Assembly: GCA_964651965.1 (NCBI GenBank)
Contig: CAZYZS010000009.1
Span: 1-50,381 of the forward strand
Reading direction: 5' to 3'
Origin: Candidatus Woesearchaeota archaeon
GTDB taxonomy: Archaea; Nanobdellota; Nanobdellia; Pacearchaeales; GW2011-AR1
DNA: 50,381 nt
Under the pieces are notes generated by a model. That model was not told the DNA's origin and did not search any database. It saw only the letters and a list, made by a program, of their open reading frames with translations. The translations under genes were made by a program, and so were the position numbers. Shown one piece after another: positions 16,748 to 24,973 of the stretch; the stretch's first letter is position 1; every line of letters starts with the position of its first letter.

Positions 16748-17612
16748 TATAGTAATTATTTCATTGCTTGTTGCAGCATTCTTCTTAGCCAGTTACGCTT
16801 ATGCTGATACGCTTTGGAGCGAGGGTATAAGAAAAGAATTTGAAGTTGCAAATGTCGTTCCACTATGCGATAGAGAAAGTTGGGTGTGGAAAAATTGGTC
16901 AGAAGGAGAATTAAAACAGTGGAGCAGTTTGACTCGCTGCTACGAAGACACTGGAACCCCCCCTATCTGCTGCCCTGAAGGATACGTATGTAAGTATGAT
17001 GTGGATCCTAGCGATCCGAATTTTATGAAATGTATCCCTGTTACATATGTGCTTAATTATTGTGAAGAATATGCTATAAGCCTATTTGGAAGTGAAGCTG
17101 TGGCAAAGGCCGAATGCGAAAGCGCGCCGCCTAAAATTGCTGCGGACAGCATAAGCAGAATACAAGACTATCCAGAAGACATTTGCAAAGAAGGGTACAG
17201 GGAGATTAATAATAGCGATTCAAATTGTTTCAGATACACCAACTGCCTTTGTTACTGGGAAAATGGAAATTGCAGCAGCGGAGTAAAATATTCTCCTTGG
17301 TATTGCGATGTTCCAGGAGATGATGATGATAAGAAAGTAGATGATGGAACAGACGGAATCTGCGTTCTTGAGAAAAGCAGCGTTCAAGGAGATTGTAGCA
17401 AAGACTCAGATTTTATAACCATTACCTGGCAAAGGGTATGGAAATCTGCAACAGCCGGGGCTATCGCTCCTCCAGAATGCGCTGAGGGCGTATCTAGAAA
17501 TATCGCGTGCCCCTCGAAATTGGCTTTTTTTACAATATTAAGCTTTTTTGTTACTGCAGTCGTTATAGTTGTCATCTATGCTTTCAAATCTTCTAGGAAA
17601 AAAAGAAAATGA
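16734..17612 (+). CDS. Secreted Cys-rich protein with C-terminal TM anchor
   Basis: MKKLNIVIISLLVAAFFLASYAYA signal peptide, many Cys, and C-terminal FFTILSFFVTAVVIVVIYAF followed by KSSRKKRK. The track start at 16704 lies inside the repeat and is unlikely. Confidence 0.65.
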   Translation: MKKLNIVIISLLVAAFFLASYAYADTLWSEGIRKEFEVANVVPLCDRESWVWKNWSEGELKQWSSLTRCYEDTGTPPICCPEGYVCKYDVDPSDPNFMKCIPVTYVLNYCEEYAISLFGSEAVAKAECESAPPKIAADSISRIQDYPEDICKEGYREINNSDSNCFRYTNCLCYWENGNCSSGVKYSPWYCDVPGDDDDKKVDDGTDGICVLEKSSVQGDCSKDSDFITITWQRVWKSATAGAIAPPECAEGVSRNIACPSKLAFFTILSFFVTAVVIVVIYAFKSSRKKRK

Positions 17613-20296
17613 AAAAACATTTTTTATTTTTGGTGGTATTGGTCTTAATTTCTGCTTTAACCTCTGCTTCTTTTAGCTTGAACAATCTAAGCGTGATTAC
17701 GAGTTATGGTCCGGGAGAAACTATAAGGGGTTGGGTGAACATAAGCCTACAGGATGAAGTCTCAACCTCTGTTTTAAGCGCTTTTGACAGCCAGATAAGT
17801 ATAATTGATTTTCTCGAGAATAACAGCCTGAGTTCAGGAACAGACTTTTCTTGTTTTCCAGCAGACTGCAAAACAAATTATAAAGAATCCAATAAGGAAC
17901 TAAACAAAACTTATACCCTCAGTGCAGGAGATAGAAAGAGTCTAGGGTTAAAGATCGTTGGGGAAATCAGCAGCATAGATAGCTTTTCTTTAAACATTCA
18001 AAGCACTGCTCAAGAGTCCAGATACCCCCAGTTGGTTGTTGATATTCTAGATGATAACGAAATAGAGTGGCAGGCCCACAACTTCTCTGGAAACTACGGA
18101 GATGCAATTTACAACTGCTATAACAGAGAGCAGGCTACACAAATAGCAGAAATAACTCAGACAGAATACTGCCAAAAAATAGAGATTCCTCCTGCTTCTA
18201 GGATAAAAGCCGGAGCAGAAATTGTTGCTATTCCTGGAAAGAGCGGAAGTGTAAAATTTCGTATAAGAATGTACAATGAAGAATCTGGAGATTTTGGAAC
18301 ATGTACTGCTTCTGCAACTAGCACTGGAAATATAAGCTGCGAGATAAAAAATATCGTAGAAAAAAAACAGAATTTTTTTGTCTGCATAAGCACAGAAAGG
18401 TACGAAGATGATAATAAATATGGAATGTACTATGAACAAAACGCGCCCTGCGGATTTTCAGACAACGAAGAAGGCTACAATTATGATTTTCCCATTTTTG
18501 TGTATCAAGGAAGGTATGCGCCAATGGGCAGGGTGTTGCTCAATCAAAATGAAGTAGATAACTACAGGGGTGCGGGCATGATAAATCTTGCAGAGGAAAT
18601 AGGAGATTATATAGAAGAAAGATATGAAAACAATTGTAATAGTGGTTGCATTATCCCAATTAAGATAATAGCAGGAGAGCAGCAGACTCTAAACATTTCT
18701 GATGGGCAATTAGGATACACTGCGGGAATATCTACAACAGAGAGATATTTTTATGACATAAGCGAAGAACCTTCTAAAGTAAACATGGGTTTCAAAATTC
18801 TGAATTTAGAAAAAAGCGACATAAAAGTTCCAAACACCTATGGCCAAAAAACTATGTCCTTAAAATTAGGCGGAGTAGAAATAACCAGCAGGGACATCGC
18901 GGTTTTGAAACTGGCTACGATAGATATGGTTTATCCCTTAGAGGCATCAGCTGTGATCCCTGTAAAATTTTATGTTTATGCCACAGGCAACATTACTGAA
19001 TACAAATGGAACTTTGGAGACGGAACAGCCGATATTACAACAAAGGAGAATTTTACTTCTCACACTTATTCTACAACAGGATCCTATAAATTAAGAATCT
19101 CTGCTATAAACCCCCAGGGAGAAGCTACAAGAGATTTCGATATATTGGTTAAGAGCCCGAAAGACGAAATAAATAAAACGCTAGTAGAGAAAAGAGAAAG
19201 CTTAAACACTATAACAGCAGAGATTAACGCAATAGCTGGCTGGTATAGGCCTGAAATAGAAAAAGAAATTAACGTTAGCAATTTAAAAGCAGAGCTAGAC
19301 GCTATACAGAAGAGGTACGAGACCTCAAATGATTATGTTGAGATAATGACTGCCTTGTTGAAAATAAATATCCCCTCTGGGCTAGAGAGCGTAAATTTTA
19401 AAGGAGATTTTCTCCCACTTCCAGAGAATATAGACCCTAGTTATCTTACGGATGATGAAACAGATTCCGGAGAATACTCGGACACGATAGTATTATGGAT
19501 GGCTGAAAATTTGGACTTAGAAGTTGAAACAAATATTATTTATCTTAAAGATCAAGGAGTTAATGAACCGCTTTTTACTGCTGTTACACTCTATATAACT
19601 CCCCAAGGAGACTTTGAAGAAGCATTTTTAGTAATAGAAGGGGGAGGAATAAAATTTAAAGAGGATTATAATCAAGAAGAGTTAGATGGGGCTGCGAAGA
19701 TAGACTTGTCTGGCATTGAAGAACAGAAAATAATAAGCTTTATCCTTCCAGGAAAGGTTGAGGCTATAGACCTGCCTGTTTACGTTTCCCCAAGAATTTC
19801 CAACCTTCCTAACAATAGCGGGCCAGGTCCGTGCGATAATGATGGAAAATGCGAAAAAGACAGCGAAGAAAATAAGAAGAACTGCCCAAATGACTGTCAT
19901 GGAATAAATTGGCCCAGGATTTTAGTTTTTGTAATATTCATTTTTTGTGTTTTTGTGGTTTATATAATTCTTCAGGAGTGGTATAAAAGGTATTACGAAG
20001 AACATCTTTTCAAGGATAAGAATGACTTATACAATTTAATGAGCTTCATTTTTAATGCGCTTAGGCAAGGGAAAGATAAAGGGGAGGCATATAAAACCTT
20101 AAAACAGTACGGATGGAAAAACGAGCAAATAGTCTATGTTTATAGAAAATTGCTTGGCAAAAGAACGGGGATGTGGGAAATACCCCTATTTAGGGCTTTT
20201 GAAAAAAAGAAGGTTAAGGAGGAGCTAGCTAAAAGAGGACAAATGTACTCGCCTAAAAATGGTGCAGTAAATTTAAAAAGCAGCTTTTCTTCATAA
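17609..20296 (+). CDS. Large surface protein with PKD domain, C-terminal TM helix and cytoplasmic tail
   Basis: Signal peptide FLFLVVLVLISALTSASF. PKD signature KWNFGDGTADITTKENFTSHTYSTTGSYKLRISAIN. TM WPRILVFVIFIFCVFVVYIIL followed by an ~110-aa tail. ATGA overlap with the previous gene. Confidence 0.7.
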   Translation: MKKHFLFLVVLVLISALTSASFSLNNLSVITSYGPGETIRGWVNISLQDEVSTSVLSAFDSQISIIDFLENNSLSSGTDFSCFPADCKTNYKESNKELNKTYTLSAGDRKSLGLKIVGEISSIDSFSLNIQSTAQESRYPQLVVDILDDNEIEWQAHNFSGNYGDAIYNCYNREQATQIAEITQTEYCQKIEIPPASRIKAGAEIVAIPGKSGSVKFRIRMYNEESGDFGTCTASATSTGNISCEIKNIVEKKQNFFVCISTERYEDDNKYGMYYEQNAPCGFSDNEEGYNYDFPIFVYQGRYAPMGRVLLNQNEVDNYRGAGMINLAEEIGDYIEERYENNCNSGCIIPIKIIAGEQQTLNISDGQLGYTAGISTTERYFYDISEEPSKVNMGFKILNLEKSDIKVPNTYGQKTMSLKLGGVEITSRDIAVLKLATIDMVYPLEASAVIPVKFYVYATGNITEYKWNFGDGTADITTKENFTSHTYSTTGSYKLRISAINPQGEATRDFDILVKSPKDEINKTLVEKRESLNTITAEINAIAGWYRPEIEKEINVSNLKAELDAIQKRYETSNDYVEIMTALLKINIPSGLESVNFKGDFLPLPENIDPSYLTDDETDSGEYSDTIVLWMAENLDLEVETNIIYLKDQGVNEPLFTAVTLYITPQGDFEEAFLVIEGGGIKFKEDYNQEELDGAAKIDLSGIEEQKIISFILPGKVEAIDLPVYVSPRISNLPNNSGPGPCDNDGKCEKDSEENKKNCPNDCHGINWPRILVFVIFIFCVFVVYIILQEWYKRYYEEHLFKDKNDLYNLMSFIFNALRQGKDKGEAYKTLKQYGWKNEQIVYVYRKLLGKRTGMWEIPLFRAFEKKKVKEELAKRGQMYSPKNGAVNLKSSFSS

Positions 20297-20328
20297 AGAA
20301 ATAAAAATAGGGAAAATAATTTATAAGC

Positions 20329-20970
20329 ATGGTAATAAAAATTGTAAGGAATTTTATAAAAAGGGTATTTTCAGGCATATTTAAAGGGAAAAAAGAGCTG
20401 AGCCTAGGTTTTTATGGGCCTCCTAATGCTGGAAAAACGAGTTTAGCAAACAGAATCTGCAAGGACTGGACAGGCGAGGAACTTGGAAAAGTAAGTAAGA
20501 TACCTCACGAAACAAGAGAAATCCAGTTCAAAGAGAAAGTGGATATTGATTATAAAGGCAAAAAGCTAAGCTTCAAGATTGTTGATACTCCGGGAATTGC
20601 TACAAAAATAGACTACGAAGAATTCATGAGATTTAAAATGAATAAAAAAGAGGCTCAAAAAAGGGCTAAAGAAGCAACACAAGGAATTGTTGAGGCAATA
20701 AAATGGCTAGATGATATGGATGCGGTAATTGTAGTTTTGGATGCAACAAAAAATCCTTACAGCCAAGTGAATATAACAATAATCGGAAACCTAGTTGCTA
20801 GAAAGATTCCGGTTTTAATAGTAGGCAATAAAGTAGACTTAAAGAAAGCAGATTTAAGCAAGATAGAGTCTGCTTTCCCAGAATATGAGGTGGTGGGCAT
20901 ATCAGCGAGATTTGGAAAAAACATGGAAGAATTTTACGAATCAGTATTCAAACTTGCAAAAAAAGTATAA
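20329..20970 (+). CDS. Small GTP-binding protein (MMR_HSR1/Era-like P-loop GTPase)
   Basis: G1 GPPNAGKTS, G3 DTPG, G4 GNKVD, G5-like ISAR. Confidence 0.8.
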   Translation: MVIKIVRNFIKRVFSGIFKGKKELSLGFYGPPNAGKTSLANRICKDWTGEELGKVSKIPHETREIQFKEKVDIDYKGKKLSFKIVDTPGIATKIDYEEFMRFKMNKKEAQKRAKEATQGIVEAIKWLDDMDAVIVVLDATKNPYSQVNITIIGNLVARKIPVLIVGNKVDLKKADLSKIESAFPEYEVVGISARFGKNMEEFYESVFKLAKKV

Positions 20971-20998
20971 AAAGAGGTAAAATTTTAAAAAAGAGACA

Positions 20999-21391
20999 AT
21001 GAAAAAAAACAAGAAAATAAGGGGCCTTACAATACAATTTATCCCGTATACCGAAATTGAAGTGCTGAAGAGCGGAGAAAGGATAAAAAAACTGCTGGAT
21101 ATTGTTTTGAGCGGCAAGATAATAATCCTTCAGGGAAGACTGAAAAGCGAGGAAGAAGCCAGGCTAATAGAAGATACTATGGCAATGGTTGGACACGTGA
21201 AGGATTTCAAAGGGATAGAATTAGCAGTCATAAACCCTAACTCAGAAAAGCTCAGCATGATGTCTCAACTAAGGCATAACTTGGCAAGAGCGTTAGGAGC
21301 CCAGGATTCTATAACAATAATGGGCCCTGCATCGATTGTAAGGGAGATAAAACGAGACCCTAAAAAAATAGAGATACTCATGAACAAGTAA
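20999..21391 (+). CDS. Archaea-specific uncharacterised protein (DUF2073-like)
   Basis: 130 aa with an ...IIILQGRLKSEEEARLIEDTMAMV...FKGIEL pattern that I recall from DUF2073. It sits next to the GTPase and Zn-ribbon genes. Confidence 0.45.
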   Translation: MKKNKKIRGLTIQFIPYTEIEVLKSGERIKKLLDIVLSGKIIILQGRLKSEEEARLIEDTMAMVGHVKDFKGIELAVINPNSEKLSMMSQLRHNLARALGAQDSITIMGPASIVREIKRDPKKIEILMNK

Positions 21392-21427
21392 AGCAAAACT
21401 TTTTATATTTGAGTTCTTTTATCTTCT

Positions 21428-21814
21428 ATGCCAAACCAATGCGTGCATTGCGGGAAGATGTACGAGGATGCATCTGAAAGCCTGTTGAAAGGATGCGAGT
21501 GCGGCAGCCATTTTTTCTTTTTCGTCAAACAGGAGCAGATTGAAGAGCTCCAAAGGAAAACAATAGAGCTAGAAGGTGTTGATAAAGGAAAAGTTGAAAA
21601 AGATGTAAGGGAGATGATTGGATTAGAAGAAGAACAAGAAGTTCCTGTTATATTAGATTTGGAATCAGTGAGAATAACAGGACCTGGAAAATTTGAAATA
21701 GATGTTGTTAATCTTTTCTCAAAGAAAAGACCATTAATTTACAAGCTGGAAGAGGGAAAATACATAATTGATTTGGCTTCTGCCTTTCAGCAAAAAGGAG
21801 AAGAGGGTAAATAA
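21428..21814 (+). CDS. Zn-ribbon protein (DUF2072/COG3364-like)
   Basis: N-terminal CVHCGKMYEDASESLLKGCECGSHFFFF is a C-x2-C...C-x-C ribbon, followed by an acidic linker and a C-terminal domain. Confidence 0.5.
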   Translation: MPNQCVHCGKMYEDASESLLKGCECGSHFFFFVKQEQIEELQRKTIELEGVDKGKVEKDVREMIGLEEEQEVPVILDLESVRITGPGKFEIDVVNLFSKKRPLIYKLEEGKYIIDLASAFQQKGEEGK

Positions 21815-21815
21815 G

Positions 21816-22649
21816 CTAAAACTTCTTTAATACTTGTTTTTTGAAGCTATCTGCAAGCTCTTCATCTTTATTAATCACCAGTTTTATTGAGGATTTTTCT
21901 TCGAGGGTTTTTAAAAGTCCAAGAACATTCTCATTTTTAAGATGCTTTTTTATCTGGTTTTTTAGATGTTCAGGTATAAAAATCTGAATAAAGTAATGAG
22001 AAAAAGAAATTGTTTCATCAGGATGCTCGCTCTTTATCGTTCTATAGTTAGCGCCAAAAGATAAGTAAAATTCCCTGTATTTTTTCTCTAGAGAAGTTTC
22101 TCCAGAGCATAAAAAATAAAATTTATGCCCAAGTTTTTGCAGCCGTTTGTAATAGTTGTATTCTGCTCTTAGGTAGAATAATGGACGCCATTCGTTTGTA
22201 AGCTGGAAACAAATAATCTGATTCTTTTTTTTGAGAAGCTCGGTTTTCATGAAGTAATAAAGGTATTTCTCTGCATCAAATAGAGTTTCGAAAGTTAAAA
22301 TTATTAAGTCCTGGCTTGCTTTAGAATCTTTTAGTCCAGAAATGTTTTGGAGCTTTTCTGTAGCATAGTAATTAGTCTCTACTATATCTGTAAAAGATTG
22401 CAGTTTTTTTATCCAGCCAACATTTATCTCATATTTCTTTTCCCCTTCAAGCAAAACATGCCCTTCTTTTAGCTCCTTAACTGCCTTATAAACTGACTGA
22501 TAGCTCGAAGAATAGCCATACTGCTTTTTTATCTTATAGTAAATCTGACGGAGAGTAATGGGCCATTCGTAAGTAAGGATATTAATAACCGCGTCTTTGG
22601 TATTCTTTGGCTTATTTTCTATATCTGGAATTAAAAGATTAAATGTCAT
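21816..22649 (-). CDS. Putative winged-helix DNA-binding protein with uncharacterised C-terminal domain
   Basis: N-terminus ...AVINILTYEWPITLRQIYYKIKKQYGYSSSYQSVYKAVKELKEGHVLLEGEKKYEIN looks like wHTH. It is divergent from two small paralogous genes. Confidence 0.4.
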   Translation of the reverse strand: MTFNLLIPDIENKPKNTKDAVINILTYEWPITLRQIYYKIKKQYGYSSSYQSVYKAVKELKEGHVLLEGEKKYEINVGWIKKLQSFTDIVETNYYATEKLQNISGLKDSKASQDLIILTFETLFDAEKYLYYFMKTELLKKKNQIICFQLTNEWRPLFYLRAEYNYYKRLQKLGHKFYFLCSGETSLEKKYREFYLSFGANYRTIKSEHPDETISFSHYFIQIFIPEHLKNQIKKHLKNENVLGLLKTLEEKSSIKLVINKDEELADSFKKQVLKKF

Positions 22650-22680
22650 TAATCCTTTTGGCTACCTGATTTTATAAACT

Positions 22681-22708
22681 TTTTGGTTTATATTTTGTTA
22701 AACCAAAA
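22681..22708. promoter_or_regulatory. 10-bp perfect inverted repeat between divergent promoters (candidate operator)
   Basis: TTTTGGTTTA-(8 nt)-TAAACCAAAA. It lies next to the TTTATAAAA box of the minus-strand wHTH gene and upstream of the AT-rich box and GGAGGTGA RBS of the 22756 gene. Confidence 0.45.
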
Positions 22709-22755
22709 GTTAATAATATTTTTTTCGATTTGATTGTAATAAAGTGGAGGTGAAA

Positions 22756-23034
22756 ATGAAAGTTTATCTCAAAAGTGTTGCAGACGAAGGAGACTGTCTT
22801 CCTGGAGAAGCTTTTTTGCATTGCATCGACTATTTAGGAGAGAAACATATGGGTTTCTTTGACAGGGAATTTATAAAACACAAAATGCTGCAGGTAAGCA
22901 TCTGGAACTGGATAATGTCTGGAGAAGAGCCTTCAAGTGATATAGTGGAAGTTGTACCGCGAGGAGGGAAGTTTATCAAAAGCTGCAATGTACTAAGAGT
23001 ATACAGAAAACAACTGGCATTTGTCGAAGGATAA
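22756..23034 (+). CDS. Small protein of unknown function (paralogue A)
   Basis: ATG 22756 is preceded by GGAGGTGA; the track start at 22744 is GTG. MKVYLKSVADEGDCLPGEAF...GFFDREFIK aligns with the N-terminus of the next ORF. Confidence 0.45.
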   Translation: MKVYLKSVADEGDCLPGEAFLHCIDYLGEKHMGFFDREFIKHKMLQVSIWNWIMSGEEPSSDIVEVVPRGGKFIKSCNVLRVYRKQLAFVEG

Positions 23035-23055
23035 ATTTAAAGAGACTCGACTGAA

Positions 23056-23337
23056 ATGAAAGCATACTTAAAGGTAAAGATAAGTCCTGGAATGTTTCCA
23101 GGTGAAAATGCGGTTGCGATTGAGGGATATTATGATGGAAAAACAATATTGACATCTGGATTTTTCGGGAAGAGGTCCATTAAAGATGGGAGGTTAGAAG
23201 TAGAAGTCTTAGAAGAAAGAGGAGATACGGTCTGGGTCCAGCTTCCTGGAAGAACCCTAGAGGCCCCCGGAGATAAAGGAGATTTAACAGTAAGAAGAGA
23301 AGATTTAGAATATTTTCAATTTAATGGATTGCTCTAA
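23056..23337 (+). CDS. Small protein of unknown function (paralogue B)
   Basis: MKAYLKVKISPGMFPGENAV...GFFGKRSIKDGRLEVEVLEERGDTVWVQLPG shares the MK.YLK...PGE...GFF...IK pattern with 22756..23034. Confidence 0.45.
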   Translation: MKAYLKVKISPGMFPGENAVAIEGYYDGKTILTSGFFGKRSIKDGRLEVEVLEERGDTVWVQLPGRTLEAPGDKGDLTVRREDLEYFQFNGLL

Positions 23338-23344
23338 AGAAGGC

Positions 23345-23354
23345 TTTATATATT
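23345..23354 (+). promoter_or_regulatory. TATA-like box for cca
   Basis: CTTTATATAT is centred about 24 nt upstream of ATG 23374. Confidence 0.35.
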
Positions 23355-23373
23355 GAATTTCTCTTAATCTTAG

Positions 23374-24618
23374 ATGAAAGATATAAAAAAAGTGCTAAAG
23401 GAGCAAATTTCTAAAGTAAGGCTAGAAGAAAAAGAGCTGGCAAGAATAAAAGAAGAAACTGAAAGTTTTGTAAACGAAATAGCAAAGAAAATAAAGAAAA
23501 ACAAACTAGAGGCAGAGCCATTTGTGGGAGGAAGCTTAGCAAAAGGTACGTTGATAAAGAAAGACAAGTACGATATAGATATTTTTGTAAGGTTTTCTAA
23601 GAAATATAAAGATGAACAACTATCAAGCATGCTAGGTAGCGTGTTAAAAAATGCTCAAAGAATACATGGTAGCAGAGATTATTTTCAGGTTGAAAAAAAT
23701 GGTTTGATCTTTGAAATAGTACCAACTGCCAAAATAAACAAGCCAGAAGAAGCAAGGAATGTTACTGATTTATCTTATTTTCATGTAAAGTATATTGTTG
23801 AAAAGATAAAAGAAAACAAAAAACTTGCTGAAGAAATAATGCTTGCAAAGGCTTTTTGCTATGCTAATAACTGCTATGGCGCAGAATCTTACATCAACGG
23901 ATTTTCTGGATACGCTTTAGAGCTGCTGATAAGTTATTATAACTCTTTTGTTAAATTCTTAAACTCAGTTAAGGATAAAGAGAAAATTATTTTAGATCCT
24001 GAGAAGTTCTATAAAAATAAAAACGAAATTCTCTTGCATCTTAATGAGTCCAAGCTTCAGAGCCCTATTGTTTTCGTTGACCCTACATTTAAAGAGAGAA
24101 ATGCACTGGCTGCCCTTTCAAAGGAAACTTTCGGAAAATTTAAGCTAGCTGCAACCAAGTTCTTAGAAAATCCTTCTTCTGAATTTTTTGAAAAAAAAGA
24201 CACTGAAAAAGAAATGAAAAATAAGTATAAATGCATTATGGTAATTGAGACTTCAACAGGCAGGCAAAAAGGAGATATAGCTGGAAGCAAGCTGAGAAGA
24301 TTCAACGAGTATCTAAAAAACAAGCTTAAAAGAGATAACGAAATTAAAATGTGCGAATTTGAATACGATGAAAAGAACAACACAGGAAAAAATTATTTTG
24401 TTCTCAAGCCTAAAAAAGAGATAATAATTGAAGGCCCTCCAATAACAAAAAAAGAAAATCTAGAGAGTTTTAAAAAGAAACACAAAAGCTGTTTTATTAA
24501 AAAAGAAAAAGCTTATGCAAAAGAGAAAGCAAAAAACATAGAAGATGTGATAAATGAATTAAAAAAAGATAAAGCTGTAAAAGAAATGGATATAAGTGAA
24601 ATAAAATTAGTTAAGTAA
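23374..24618 (+). CDS. cca: Archaeal class I CCA-adding enzyme (tRNA nucleotidyltransferase)
   Basis: FVGGSLAKGTLIKKDKYDIDIFVRF is the G-S...D-x-D nucleotidyltransferase motif. ...YGAESYINGFSGYALELLISYY matches the archaeal CCA enzyme signature GFSGY..ELL. Confidence 0.85.
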   Translation: MKDIKKVLKEQISKVRLEEKELARIKEETESFVNEIAKKIKKNKLEAEPFVGGSLAKGTLIKKDKYDIDIFVRFSKKYKDEQLSSMLGSVLKNAQRIHGSRDYFQVEKNGLIFEIVPTAKINKPEEARNVTDLSYFHVKYIVEKIKENKKLAEEIMLAKAFCYANNCYGAESYINGFSGYALELLISYYNSFVKFLNSVKDKEKIILDPEKFYKNKNEILLHLNESKLQSPIVFVDPTFKERNALAALSKETFGKFKLAATKFLENPSSEFFEKKDTEKEMKNKYKCIMVIETSTGRQKGDIAGSKLRRFNEYLKNKLKRDNEIKMCEFEYDEKNNTGKNYFVLKPKKEIIIEGPPITKKENLESFKKKHKSCFIKKEKAYAKEKAKNIEDVINELKKDKAVKEMDISEIKLVK

Positions 24619-24930
24619 AGCTAAAACTCCCCTAACTGCCGCATCAAGCTCTGGTGAAGTATGAGAACCTCTTGGAAGTTTCTCTAATGCCTTATCAACT
24701 GCGGCTACATCTTCTTCTCGAAGAACTTTATATCTAACTTTTGACCTTTCCTGTTCTTGGGTTCGAGCTATCGCTCTTCTTAGACCACCCAAGTCTCCTT
24801 CAGAAATCGTCTCGTAACATCTATGACGGGGGCAATTGAAAAAGCCACTCCCCATTCCAGTAACATCATCTAGACATCCTAAATAAAGGACATCTGTACC
24901 ACGAAATTGAACTGCGTACGCGTCTACCAT
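24607..24930 (-). CDS. Orphan 107-aa protein, Arg-rich, compositionally atypical
   Basis: An intact ORF with its own TTTTTAAA box about 27 nt upstream. It looks GC-richer than its flanks and uses some CGN Arg codons. It overlaps the cca 3' end by 12 nt (convergent). I recognise no family. Confidence 0.4.
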   Translation of the reverse strand: MVDAYAVQFRGTDVLYLGCLDDVTGMGSGFFNCPRHRCYETISEGDLGGLRRAIARTQEQERSKVRYKVLREEDVAAVDKALEKLPRGSHTSPELDAAVRGVLALLN

Positions 24931-24951
24931 TTTGTTATTTTTGCAAACAGA

Positions 24952-24963
24952 GGTTTAAAAACC
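24952..24963 (-). promoter_or_regulatory. TATA-like box for the 24930 ORF
   Basis: The minus strand reads GGTTTTTAAACC, centred about 27 nt upstream of ATG 24930. Confidence 0.35.
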
Positions 24964-24973
24964 TATTGGAGTT

